Positions 13,114 to 25,279 of a DNA stretch of 64,000 nt are shown here, piece after piece. Under the pieces are notes generated by a model. It searched no databases and was not told the DNA's origin. It saw nothing but the letters and a program-made list of their open reading frames with translations. A program made the position numbers and the translations under genes. Numbering within the stretch: position 1 is the stretch's first letter; every line of letters starts with the position of its first letter. Location: contig OZ241326.1 in NCBI GenBank assembly GCA_965199855.1, positions 2,211,908 to 2,275,907 on the forward strand, in the 5' to 3' direction. The DNA is from a bacterium (lineage in GTDB: Bacteria; UBA8248).

Positions 13114-13835
13114 GACAACCATAGGGGGTTGTTCCTGCGAAATGATGAAACCCGCGGCCCCATGCCGAAGGACGGGCGGGGCGCATGAATGCGCCCCCTA
13201 CGAAGGCGGGATCGCCGCCCGCCCCCGGAAAACCGGTTGCCTCGACCGTAGGGGACGCATTCATGCGTCCCGTTTCGATCGGTGGCCACGCGCGGGCGGT
13301 TCACGAACCGCCCCTACGGGAACCGTAGCCGCCCTCACCCATAGGGACGCCCCCCTGGGTCGCCCGACAATTCGGGAGCCGCCCGCGCGGGAAAATTCGC
13401 CGGGCGGAGGCGTTTCCCCGGGCGTTTGGAGAAGAACCGCCCGCTCGCCGAAAAGCCGCGCGTGAATGTCTACGAATTTCTGCAAAATCAGACAAATTCA
13501 CGGCCTTATCCCGCAAATAGAGAGCTGTTTTCCACCTTTTTAGAGACCCCTTTGACCATCCCGCCCGGTCCCCGATTCTTCCGTCTTCCTTCCCTCCGGA
13601 GGCGCAATTCCCCCACGCCGGAAATATAACCCGACCCGGCCGCCCCCGCGGAAGCGCAGATGCGCGCAAATGCGGGCAGGCGCGCGCGATTGTTCCACGT
13701 GGAACAATTCGGACGCGGAATTTTCGGAGGAAGCGTCCGGTTTTCGGCGCGGCCGCCGCTCCGCAAGCCTCGAAAAGGCGCGGTTCGCCCCGCCCGGCTC
13801 CGCTTTGCTGGCCATGCCCGCCGCCTACGCGCCGG
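13114..13835. repeat. left copy of 722-bp inverted repeat (non-coding; contains REP-like hairpins, an AT-richer core and parS)
   Basis: Reverse complement of 20005-20726. I checked both ends base by base and found one mismatch, at 13122/20718. Identical shadow peptides appear on opposite strands in the ORF track (13426..13629+ equals 20211..20414-; 13540..13815- equals 20025..20300+). Confidence 0.9.
13691..13706. other. parS-type ParB-binding palindrome TGTTCCACGTGGAACA
   Basis: Perfect 16-bp palindrome, extendable to 20 bp (13689-13708). Matches the parS consensus tGTTNCACGTGAAACa and is identical to the symmetric variant I recall from Pseudomonas parS sites. Confidence 0.7.
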
Positions 13836-13952
13836 GAGGCTTCCGTCCCGCGCGCGCCGCCTCCGCCTGATTGACATTCGGGCGTGGTGTCGTAATCTGC
13901 GGGGCGTTTCGGGGCTACACGGGAGCGGACGAACGGACGGCGGGGAGCGGAC

Positions 13953-14603
13953 ATGAAGATTTTCATCGATACGGCGAGTCTGGAGGAAATCGAGGAGGCG
14001 GCCTCCACCGGCATCCTGGACGGCGTGACGACGAACCCCTCGCTCATCGCGAAGGAAGGCGCCGACCACCACGCGAGAATCAGGGAAATCTGCGGGCTGG
14101 TGGACGGGCCGGTGAGCGCGGAGGTGATCGCCGTGAAGTGGGAGGAGATGGTCGAGGAGGGGCGGGCGCTGGCCGCCATCCACGAGAACGTGGTGGTGAA
14201 GGTTCCGGTGGGCGTGGAGGGGCTGCGCGCCGTCAAGGCGCTGCGCGAGGAGAGCGTCGACACGAACGTCACCCTCATCTTCAGCCCCGCCCAGGCCATG
14301 CTGGCGGCGAAGGCGGGCGCCTCGTTCGTGAGTCCCTTCGTGGGGCGGCTGGACGACGTCTCAAACCCCGGCATGGAGATGGTGAGCGACATCGCCCGGA
14401 TTTTTCACAACTACGACTACGCCGCCCAGGTTCTGGTGGCGAGCGTGCGCTCGCCGATTCACCTGCTCGAGGCGGCGAAGATGGGGGCGGACGCGGCGAC
14501 GGTTCCCTTTCAGGTCATCGCCCAGCTGCTCAAGCATCCGCTGACGGATATCGGGCTGGAGAAATTCCTGGCGGACTGGCGCCGCGCCGGCGAGATGCGC
14601 TGA
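13953..14603 (+). CDS. short-form transaldolase / fructose-6-phosphate aldolase family
   Basis: 216 aa. Contains [32 protein letters not shown] and [11 protein letters not shown]. Confidence 0.9.
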   Translation: MKIFIDTASLEEIEEAASTGILDGVTTNPSLIAKEGADHHARIREICGLVDGPVSAEVIAVKWEEMVEEGRALAAIHENVVVKVPVGVEGLRAVKALREESVDTNVTLIFSPAQAMLAAKAGASFVSPFVGRLDDVSNPGMEMVSDIARIFHNYDYAAQVLVASVRSPIHLLEAAKMGADAATVPFQVIAQLLKHPLTDIGLEKFLADWRRAGEMR

Positions 14604-14625
14604 CTTTCAGGGAGGTTCAGGGATG

Positions 14626-14853
14626 ATGCCGATGTATGAATTTCTGTGCGGAAGCTGCGAGAAGGATTTTGAGAAAATCGTGGCGTCCGTCGAGGCCGCC
14701 GACCGCGTGGAGTGTCCCGAATGCGGCTCGCGCGAGGCGCGCCGGAAACTCTCCCTGTTCGCCAAATCCGCATCGGGCGCCGCGGCCCAGGCCTCGGCCT
14801 TCAGCGGCTACTCCGCCGGCGGCGGCTGCGGCGGGGCGTGCTCGTGCCACTAG
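14626..14853 (+). CDS. FmdB-family zinc-ribbon protein
   Basis: MPMYEFLCGSCEKDFE...VECPECGS gives a CxxC...CxxC ribbon, followed by an Ala/Gly/Cys-rich tail. The start could be 14623, 14626 or 14632. Confidence 0.75.
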   Translation: MPMYEFLCGSCEKDFEKIVASVEAADRVECPECGSREARRKLSLFAKSASGAAAQASAFSGYSAGGGCGGACSCH

Positions 14854-14937
14854 CCCCGCGGGGGCGCTGAATCCGCGCTTCCGCCGGGCCGATTCGCGCG
14901 CGATCCTTCGGGAATCTTTCAGCAGGGAGGAGAGACC

Positions 14938-16188
14938 ATGCCGCAAGAGGAGCAGGTCAGCGTCTTCGAGACCGCGAGCGCGCAGTTCGACGAGGCGGCG
15001 GCGCACGTCGATCTGGACGATGAGGTTCGCCACCTCCTCAAGACGCCCTTCCGCGAGGTGAAGGTAGAAATCCCCATCCGCAGGGACGACGGCTCTCTCG
15101 GCGTCTGGGAGGGATACCGCATCCAGTTCAACGGCGCGCGGGGGCCGTTCAAGGGCGGAATCCGCTACCACCACGAGGTGGACCCGGACGAGGTGCGCGG
15201 CCTCTCCGCGCTCATGGCGTGGAAGACGGCGCTCGTCAACATTCCGTTCGGGGGCGGCAAGGGCGGCATCTGCGTCAACGTGGGGGAGCTCAGCCGCTTC
15301 GAGCTGGAGCGGCTCACGAGAAAATACACCGCGCGCATCGGGCGCGTCCTGGGGCCCTACCGCGACATTCCCGCCCCCGACGTGAACACGAACGCGCAGG
15401 TGATGGCGTGGATTTTCGATGAATACAGCAGCCGCCACGGCTACGCGCCGGCCTGCGTCACGGGAAAGCCCGTGTCCATGGGCGGCTCCCCGGGGCGCGA
15501 GGCCGCCACCGGGCGGGGCGCCGTGATGGCGTTCGGGGAGGTCGCCAAAAAGGAGGGCTGGGAGCCCGCCACCATGACGGCGGCGATTCAGGGCTTCGGG
15601 AACGTGGGCGCCTTCGCCGCCAGGTTCATCGGCGATCTGGGGGTGAAGGTGGTGGCGATATCGGGCAGCCGGGGCGCCTGCTTCAACGGGGACGGCGTCG
15701 ACGTCGAGGCGGCCGCCGCCCACCGCAGGGAGCACGGGACGCTGGAGGGCCTCGCGGGAGCGGAGGAGATCACCAACGAGGAGCTTCTCGCCCTCGACGT
15801 GGACGTCCTGGTTCCGGCGGCTCTCGGCGGCGCGATTCACGCGGGCAACGCGGCGGACGTGAAGGCGCGCGTCATCGTGGAAGGGGCGAACGCTCCCGTA
15901 ACCGACCGGGGCGAGAAGACGCTGGCCGAGAGCGGCCGCGTCGTGGTGATACCCGACGTGCTGGCGAGCGCGGGCGGCGTCACGGTCTCCTACTTTGAAT
16001 GGGCGCAGAACATCCAGCAGTTCGCCTGGGACGAGGAGCGGGTGAACGCCGAGCTGGGCAGAATCATGGCGCGCGCCACGGCCGAGGTGCATGAGCTGGC
16101 GAAGGAGAAAGGCGTCTCGCTGCGCGCGGCGGCCTTCATCATCGCGATTGAAAGGGTGGCGGAGGCGGAGCGCCTTCGCGGCGTATAG
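14938..16188 (+). CDS. Glu/Leu/Phe/Val dehydrogenase (glutamate dehydrogenase-like)
   Basis: 416 aa. Contains KGGIRYHHEV, the catalytic Lys box IPFGGGKGGI and the GFGNVG dinucleotide fold. Confidence 0.9.
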   Translation: MPQEEQVSVFETASAQFDEAAAHVDLDDEVRHLLKTPFREVKVEIPIRRDDGSLGVWEGYRIQFNGARGPFKGGIRYHHEVDPDEVRGLSALMAWKTALVNIPFGGGKGGICVNVGELSRFELERLTRKYTARIGRVLGPYRDIPAPDVNTNAQVMAWIFDEYSSRHGYAPACVTGKPVSMGGSPGREAATGRGAVMAFGEVAKKEGWEPATMTAAIQGFGNVGAFAARFIGDLGVKVVAISGSRGACFNGDGVDVEAAAAHRREHGTLEGLAGAEEITNEELLALDVDVLVPAALGGAIHAGNAADVKARVIVEGANAPVTDRGEKTLAESGRVVVIPDVLASAGGVTVSYFEWAQNIQQFAWDEERVNAELGRIMARATAEVHELAKEKGVSLRAAAFIIAIERVAEAERLRGV

Positions 16189-16214
16189 CGTCCGCCGCCC
16201 CGCTGGAGCTTTCG

Positions 16215-17129
16215 TTGGCTGGTCTCGTCATAGACGCCCGGGGCATCGAAAAATCCTTCGGAACCCTCCGGGCCGTCGCCGGCGTCTCGCTCCAGGTGGA
16301 GCCCGGAGAGTGCTTCGGCATTCTGGGCCCCAACGGCGCGGGCAAAACCACGACAATCAAGATGCTGCACGGCGCCGTTCAGCCCGACGCGGGCGTCCTG
16401 CGGGTGCTCGGCCTCGACGTGGCGACCCAGAGCCGGCTCGTTCGGGAGGGGATGGGCGTCGTATCGCAGGAGGACACGCTGGACCGCGATTTGACGGTAT
16501 ATGAGAACCTCTGGGTCTATGCGGGATTTTTCGGCATCTCGAGGAAGGCGTCGCTCTCCCGCATCGAGCATCTGCTCGACTTCCTGCAGCTTCGGGAAAA
16601 GTGGGACTCGAAGATCAAGACCCTCTCGGGCGGAATGAAGCGCCGCCTCCACATCGCGCGCGCCCTGATCCATGAGCCGAAGTTCCTGATTCTGGACGAA
16701 CCCACCACGGGCCTCGATCCGCAGGCGAGGCATCTCGTCTGGCGCAGGCTCCGGGAGCTCGGCGACCGGGGGCTGACCATTCTTCTCACCACCCATTACA
16801 TGGAAGAGGCGGCGCGGATGTGCGATCGCATCGGCATCATGGACGGGGGGAGATTTCTTCTCGAAGGCGCGCCGCAGGCGCTGGTGCGCGAACATGTGGG
16901 CGATGAGGCGTATGAACTCAAGGGCGGCGCGCCGCGGGAACTGCTCGACTCCCTGAAAAGCCTCCACGTCGGCGCCGAGGTCGCCGCGGACAGGCTGTAT
17001 CTCTACAGCCGCAACGGAGCGGGGCTGATGGAGCGCCTGATCGCCTCGGGGCGGAAGGATTTTCTGAGAAGGCCCGCGACCCTGGAGGATTTGTTCCTGC
17101 GGCTCACGGGCAGGGAATTGAGGGATTGA
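16215..17129 (+). CDS. ABC transporter ATP-binding protein (ABC-2 / DrrA-NodI-like)
   Basis: Walker A GPNGAGKTT, signature LSGGMKRR, Walker B FLILDEPTTGLD. TTG start as in the track. Confidence 0.9.
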   Translation: MAGLVIDARGIEKSFGTLRAVAGVSLQVEPGECFGILGPNGAGKTTTIKMLHGAVQPDAGVLRVLGLDVATQSRLVREGMGVVSQEDTLDRDLTVYENLWVYAGFFGISRKASLSRIEHLLDFLQLREKWDSKIKTLSGGMKRRLHIARALIHEPKFLILDEPTTGLDPQARHLVWRRLRELGDRGLTILLTTHYMEEAARMCDRIGIMDGGRFLLEGAPQALVREHVGDEAYELKGGAPRELLDSLKSLHVGAEVAADRLYLYSRNGAGLMERLIASGRKDFLRRPATLEDLFLRLTGRELRD

Positions 17130-17902
17130 CGCTCCTCCCCCAGGCTCCGAGCCGCCGCGCCCTCCGCGTCTGGGTTCGCCATCTGGTCTATTACCGCTCC
17201 TTCTATCTGGCGGAATGGGCGGGCAATCTGGGGGAGCACGTTCTGTGGCTCGTGGCGTTCGGCTACGGGCTGGGCAGGCTGGTGCCGAGCCTGGACGGCG
17301 TCTCATACGCGCAGTTCATCGGCCCCGGGCTGATGGTTTCCGTCGCGATGTGGAACGCGACGTATGAATCCACCTACGGCGCCTATTCGAGAATGCGGAT
17401 TCAGAACATCTACGAGTCCATGCTGATGGCCCCGCTCACGGTGGGCGACATCGTGCTGGGCGATCTTCTCTGGTGCGCGAGCCGCGCGCTGATCGGCTCG
17501 ACGCTGATGCTGCTCGTCCTGAGCCTGTTCGGGCTGGTCGGCTCGTGGTGGGCGGCGGCGATCCTTCCGGTTCTGTTCGTCGAGGCGGTGATGTTCGCGG
17601 CCCTGGGGCTGATCGCGACCTCGCTGGCGCCCAGCTTCTCGTTCTTCAACTTTTACTTCTCCGCCGTCGTCATGCCCATGTTTTTCTTCGCGGGCGCCCT
17701 GTTTCCCATCAAGGGCCTGCCGGCGTGGGTGGAGCGCATATCCGACGCCCTCCCGCTGACCCACGCCGTGAGAATCTCGCGCGGCCTGTTCCTTTACGGG
17801 CGGGTCGAGCATTTTCTCTGGCACTTTTCCTTCCTGCTCGGCTTCACGCTCCTGTTTCTCGCGGTCGCCTGCTTTCTGGTGGGCAGGCGCATGGCGGAAT
17901 GA
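17126..17902 (+). CDS. ABC-2 type transporter permease
   Basis: 258 aa with about six hydrophobic segments. 4-nt overlap with the ATPase gene. Confidence 0.85.
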   Translation: MTLLPQAPSRRALRVWVRHLVYYRSFYLAEWAGNLGEHVLWLVAFGYGLGRLVPSLDGVSYAQFIGPGLMVSVAMWNATYESTYGAYSRMRIQNIYESMLMAPLTVGDIVLGDLLWCASRALIGSTLMLLVLSLFGLVGSWWAAAILPVLFVEAVMFAALGLIATSLAPSFSFFNFYFSAVVMPMFFFAGALFPIKGLPAWVERISDALPLTHAVRISRGLFLYGRVEHFLWHFSFLLGFTLLFLAVACFLVGRRMAE

Positions 17903-18870
17903 GCGTGGGCGCCGCGGCGAAAATCCTGCATCCGCCGGAGCCGTTCCTGTTCCATGAGAGTCTGCTGCGCTTTCGCGCGTCGAGCGGGGAGCTCGTCAAT
18001 TCCTACGCGGACGGGGCGTATCGCAGGGTGGTGGAGACCGCCGCCGGCGCGCTGGTTCTCCTGGAGGCCAGGAGCGGGGAGGAGGGGCGAGGCGGCCCGA
18101 TTCGGCTTCAGATGACCGCCGAGGGACGGATGAGCGAATCGCTCCAAGGCGCGGGGCTGGACGCCATCAGGCACATTCTGGCTTTTGATCTCGATTTGAA
18201 GCCGTTTTACGGGATGGCGGGGCGCGACGCCGACCTGGCGCCGATTGCGAGGAAATTCAGGGGTCTCAGGCCGGTGCGCTACCCGAGCGCGTTCGAGGCG
18301 CTCGTTACGGCGATTACGGCGCAGCAGGTGAACCTGACCTTCGCCGGGACGATACGCGGGCGCATGGTGAAGCGATGGGGCGGAAAGCTGCGCGTCGGCG
18401 GACGGACGCGCTACGCCTTTCCGCGCCCGGAGCGCCTGGCGCGGGCGCGCGTCTCCACCCTGCGCGCCATGCAGTTCTCGGAGCGAAAGTCGGAATACGT
18501 GATTGGCGTGGCGCGCGCCGCCCTGGAAGGACGGCTGGACGAGGGCGAGCTGCGCGCTCTGCCCGTTGAGGAGGCGGTGGCCCGGCTCGCCGGAATACGG
18601 GGCGTGGGCCGCTGGACGGCGGAGCAGACGCTGTTTCGGGCGCTTGGCCGCGTGGAGGTTTTCCCCGGGGGCGACCTGGGGGTGCGGAAGGTCGTGGCGC
18701 GCTATTGCTTCGGAGAGGAGCGCGTGGACGAGGAGCGCGCGCGCGGGCGGGCGGACGCATGGCATCCCTGGGCTTCGCTGGCGACGACCTATCTGTTCGC
18801 CGCGTGGCGCGCGGGCGTTGCGCCCGCGGGCGAAGCGAAACGGCGCATCGGGAATCGGGCGCGCGGATGA
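17899..18870 (+). CDS. HhH-GPD DNA glycosylase (AlkA / 3-methyladenine glycosylase II-like)
   Basis: In-frame part of ORF 17473..18870. ATG 17899 overlaps the permease stop (ATGA). Helix-hairpin-helix LAGIRGVGRWTAEQTL and the Asp region FPGGDLGVRK are present. Confidence 0.8.
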   Translation: MSVGAAAKILHPPEPFLFHESLLRFRASSGELVNSYADGAYRRVVETAAGALVLLEARSGEEGRGGPIRLQMTAEGRMSESLQGAGLDAIRHILAFDLDLKPFYGMAGRDADLAPIARKFRGLRPVRYPSAFEALVTAITAQQVNLTFAGTIRGRMVKRWGGKLRVGGRTRYAFPRPERLARARVSTLRAMQFSERKSEYVIGVARAALEGRLDEGELRALPVEEAVARLAGIRGVGRWTAEQTLFRALGRVEVFPGGDLGVRKVVARYCFGEERVDEERARGRADAWHPWASLATTYLFAAWRAGVAPAGEAKRRIGNRARG

Positions 18871-20015
18871 GCGGCTTTCGGGCCTCCATCGAACGGCGGG
18901 AAGAAGAGCTGCTGGCGCCCTGCGCGGCGCGCAGCGCCGAGAGTCTCGGGCGAAGGCACCCGGAAGCCGAGCACGGGATGCGGACGGCGTTTCAGCGCGA
19001 TCGCGACCGGATCATCCACACGCAGGCCTTCCGGAGGCTTGAATACAAGACCCAGGTCTTCGTGAACCACGAAGGGGACCATTACCGGACGCGCCTGACG
19101 CACACCATAGAGGTGAGCCAGATCGCGCGCTCCATCGCCCGCGCGCTCTCCCTGAACGAAGACCTCGCCGAAGCGGTCGCGCTCGCGCACGATTTGGGCC
19201 ACCCCCCCTTCGGCCACGCCGGGGAGAAGGTTCTGGACGCCCTCATGGAGGAGCGCGGCGGGTTCGAGCACAACCTGCAGGCGCTGCGGATCGTCGAGGC
19301 GCTGGAGAGGCGCTACCCCGCCTTTCCGGGCCTGAACCTGACGTGGGAGACGCGCGAGGGAATCATCAAGTATCTGGATCGCTATGACGGCCCGATGCCC
19401 CGGGGGCTGACGAACGCGATCGCCCCCGGCCTGGAGGCCCAGGTGGTCGACGCGGCGGACGAGATCGCCTACAACAACCACGACCTGGACGACGGCCTCT
19501 CCTCCCGGCTGTTCGGCCTTGAAGACTTGCGGGACGCCCGCCTTTGGCGCGAACACCACGAAAACTCGAAGAAAGCCTTTCCCGAAGCTCCCCGGCGGGA
19601 GCGCAAGCACGACGTCATCCGCCGCATCATCAACGCGCAGGTTCAGGACATCATCGCGTCCGCGCGCGAGCGCGTTCGGCGCCGGGGGCTGCGCCGCATC
19701 TCGGACGTGCGGGAAGGCGGGCATGACGCGGTTGTCTTCAGCGAGGAGATGCGCGGGAAGAACGCCGAGCTCAAGCGCTTCCTGATGGAGCGGATGTACC
19801 GGAACGAGCGGGTGCTGAGACTGGAGGAAAGCGCCCGGGAAACGCTGAGCGGGCTGTTTCGCCTCTACGTCGCCGAGCCTCGCAGGATACCGGAGCACGC
19901 CCGCAGGCGCGAGGAAACGGACGGCCGGCATCGAATGGTCTGCGACTACGTCGCCGGCATGACGGACCGCTACGCCCTCCAGCAGCACGAGCGGTGGCTG
20001 GGCGCCGGCGCGTAG
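18867..20015 (+). CDS. dgt: dGTP triphosphohydrolase-family HD-domain protein
   Basis: In-frame part of ORF 18705..20015. ATG 18867 overlaps the alkA-like stop (ATGA). Contains RTRLTHTIEVSQIARSIA...ALAHDLGHPPFGH. The last 11 nt, including the stop, lie inside the right inverted repeat. Confidence 0.88.
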   Translation: MSGFRASIERREEELLAPCAARSAESLGRRHPEAEHGMRTAFQRDRDRIIHTQAFRRLEYKTQVFVNHEGDHYRTRLTHTIEVSQIARSIARALSLNEDLAEAVALAHDLGHPPFGHAGEKVLDALMEERGGFEHNLQALRIVEALERRYPAFPGLNLTWETREGIIKYLDRYDGPMPRGLTNAIAPGLEAQVVDAADEIAYNNHDLDDGLSSRLFGLEDLRDARLWREHHENSKKAFPEAPRRERKHDVIRRIINAQVQDIIASARERVRRRGLRRISDVREGGHDAVVFSEEMRGKNAELKRFLMERMYRNERVLRLEESARETLSGLFRLYVAEPRRIPEHARRREETDGRHRMVCDYVAGMTDRYALQQHERWLGAGA

Positions 20016-20726
20016 GCGGCGGGCATGGCCAGCAAAGCGGAGCCGGGCGGGGCGAACCGCGCCTTTTCGAGGCTTGCGGAGCGGCGGCCGCGCCGAAAAC
20101 CGGACGCTTCCTCCGAAAATTCCGCGTCCGAATTGTTCCACGTGGAACAATCGCGCGCGCCTGCCCGCATTTGCGCGCATCTGCGCTTCCGCGGGGGCGG
20201 CCGGGTCGGGTTATATTTCCGGCGTGGGGGAATTGCGCCTCCGGAGGGAAGGAAGACGGAAGAATCGGGGACCGGGCGGGATGGTCAAAGGGGTCTCTAA
20301 AAAGGTGGAAAACAGCTCTCTATTTGCGGGATAAGGCCGTGAATTTGTCTGATTTTGCAGAAATTCGTAGACATTCACGCGCGGCTTTTCGGCGAGCGGG
20401 CGGTTCTTCTCCAAACGCCCGGGGAAACGCCTCCGCCCGGCGAATTTTCCCGCGCGGGCGGCTCCCGAATTGTCGGGCGACCCAGGGGGGCGTCCCTATG
20501 GGTGAGGGCGGCTACGGTTCCCGTAGGGGCGGTTCGTGAACCGCCCGCGCGTGGCCACCGATCGAAACGGGACGCATGAATGCGTCCCCTACGGTCGAGG
20601 CAACCGGTTTTCCGGGGGCGGGCGGCGATCCCGCCTTCGTAGGGGGCGCATTCATGCGCCCCGCCCGTCCTTCGGCATGGGGCCGCGGGTTTCATCATTT
20701 CGCAGGAACAACCCCCTGTGGTTGTC
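20005..20726. repeat. right copy of 722-bp inverted repeat
   Basis: Reverse complement of 13114-13835 (see the left copy). Confidence 0.9.
20134..20149. other. parS-type ParB-binding palindrome TGTTCCACGTGGAACA (second copy)
   Basis: Same 16-mer as at 13691-13706, at the mirrored position within the right repeat copy. Confidence 0.7.
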
Positions 20727-20760
20727 CTTCGCCGCGTTCGCCAGTCCGGGCGTTTCCCCC

Positions 20761-21042
20761 TTACCCGAACCGCCCGGCATTCAGCCGCCAATAGACCTCC
20801 GTCCCCTTGAGCGCGGCGTTCTCTTTGGCGTGATGCCACGGCGTCTTGCCCTCTTTATCCTCCGCCGCGGGATCGGCTCCGGCGGCGAGCAACGCTTCCG
20901 CGACCGCGGGGGTTTTGCTGAACTTCGCCGCCGCCACATGCAGGGGCGTCCGTCCATCCTTGATCCGCGCGTTCGGGTTCGCCCCGGCGGCGAGCAAGCC
21001 TCCTCCGCCGCCCGCTCCCCCGCCGAAGAAGAAGTAAGGCAT
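20761..21042 (-). CDS. small ankyrin-repeat protein (possibly truncated)
   Basis: 93 aa with two ankyrin-like units (DGRTPLHVAAAKFSKTPAVAEALLAAGADPAAEDKEGKTPWHHA). The Gly-rich N-terminus starts in mid-repeat. Confidence 0.5.
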   Translation of the reverse strand: MPYFFFGGGAGGGGGLLAAGANPNARIKDGRTPLHVAAAKFSKTPAVAEALLAAGADPAAEDKEGKTPWHHAKENAALKGTEVYWRLNAGRFG

Positions 21043-21084
21043 CCGGTTCGGGAGGCTGAAGGGAGGAAGAACGCCCCCGCCCCC

Positions 21085-21345
21085 CTACTCCTCCGGCGGG
21101 CCGCCCCTTCGGGCGAACTTCTCCGCGCAGGCGCCGCTGCAGAAGGCGCGCCTGCCGCCGCCCGCCCGTCTGGAGACGCCCATGCGGGAGGGGAAGAAGG
21201 TCGCGCATTCGGGGCAGTTCAGCATTTCGTCGTCCACGTCCTCCCCCGCTTCGGGGGCGACCGCGCTCCCCGCGCCGGCGAACAGGCCGCGGACGAGGCG
21301 GTAAATCCCCCAGGCCACCGCCATATAGAGCAGAAGTCGAAGCAT
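21085..21345 (-). CDS. PP0621-family small membrane/zinc-ribbon protein
   Basis: 86 aa. N-terminal TM helix (LLLYMAVAWGIYRLV) and C-terminal CPEC...CSGAC motif. Confidence 0.6.
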   Translation of the reverse strand: MLRLLLYMAVAWGIYRLVRGLFAGAGSAVAPEAGEDVDDEMLNCPECATFFPSRMGVSRRAGGGRRAFCSGACAEKFARRGGPPEE

Positions 21346-21475
21346 GGGCCTCAGCCTCGCCGCTTCTTCCGGGAACGGGGAGATTTCATCGCGCGTCCCG
21401 GCGTCCTCGGGCGGGCGGGGCCGCTCCGCGCGCGCTCCCTGAAAGGCGTTCGCCCCGGAAACTCCGGAAACCCTC

Positions 21476-21921
21476 TCATCGATACGTCTTTCCGCGATGG
21501 CGTATCCAGCCGCCCGCGCGCCCGCCCCTCGGGTCCCGGTGCGTCCAGTGGAGAACCCCGCCCTTGCGGTTCCACTCGTAGAGACCGCGCATCACCACCT
21601 CGCTGCCCGCTTCCACCGGAACGCGGGGCGCCAGGTCGATGTTGTGCGCGGCGAGCAGGGTATGTCCGTCGGCAAGGCGCACGATGAAGCGCTGGTGCCG
21701 CCTCCCCCGGAGGTCGTCCTTCAAGATTCTGACGACCTCCCCGCGCGCGGTGAGCCAGACGCGCGAGCGGCGCGCCTCGAAGAGCGCGCGGGCGCGGGAG
21801 ACTTCGCGCGCGGCGGGCGCGGCGGGAGGCTCGGCCGCCCGGGCGGGGTGAAGCGCGGCCGCCGACGCGAGAGCGAAGAGCAGGAGGCGCGCGGCGAGGC
21901 GGCCGGGGCTCGGAGGCGCCC

Positions 21922-21925
<4 letters not shown>
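21476..21925 (-). CDS. DUF3465-family secreted protein
   Basis: 149 aa. Signal peptide, then [27 protein letters not shown]...[19 protein letters not shown], which I recognise as the DUF3465 pattern. The ATG overlaps the carB stop (ATGA). Confidence 0.7.
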
Positions 21926-25173
<3,248 letters not shown>

Positions 25174-25279
25174 GGGCTACCTCCCCCCGGCCGGAGAGGA
25201 CGCGGAAGCCTCCCCGCCCGGAAGAGGCCTTCCCCGCCCCGGCTTCGTCGAACCCGCGCGCGTCCGCCCGCCCACGGGC

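Noticed and set aside
12805-13420. The hairpin cluster as a CRISPR array.
   Set aside because: The palindromes differ in sequence and length, their spacing is irregular, there is no repeat-spacer periodicity, and no cas genes are present.
13505-13540. DnaA-box-like 9-mers (TTATCCCGC, TTTTCCACC) in the AT-richer core of the repeat, close to parS, raising the idea of an origin-like element.
   Set aside because: They match TTATCCACA at only 6-7 of 9 positions. There are just two of them, with no AT-rich unwinding element and no dnaA/dnaN nearby. The evidence is too weak to call.
13426-13815. Small ORFs inside the inverted repeat (67 aa at 13426..13629 and 20211..20414; 91 aa at 13540..13815 and 20025..20300; 98 aa at 13660..13956).
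   Set aside because: They have no SD, no motifs and low-complexity or odd composition. They exist only because the DNA is duplicated. I treat the repeat as non-coding, although a small RNA cannot be excluded.
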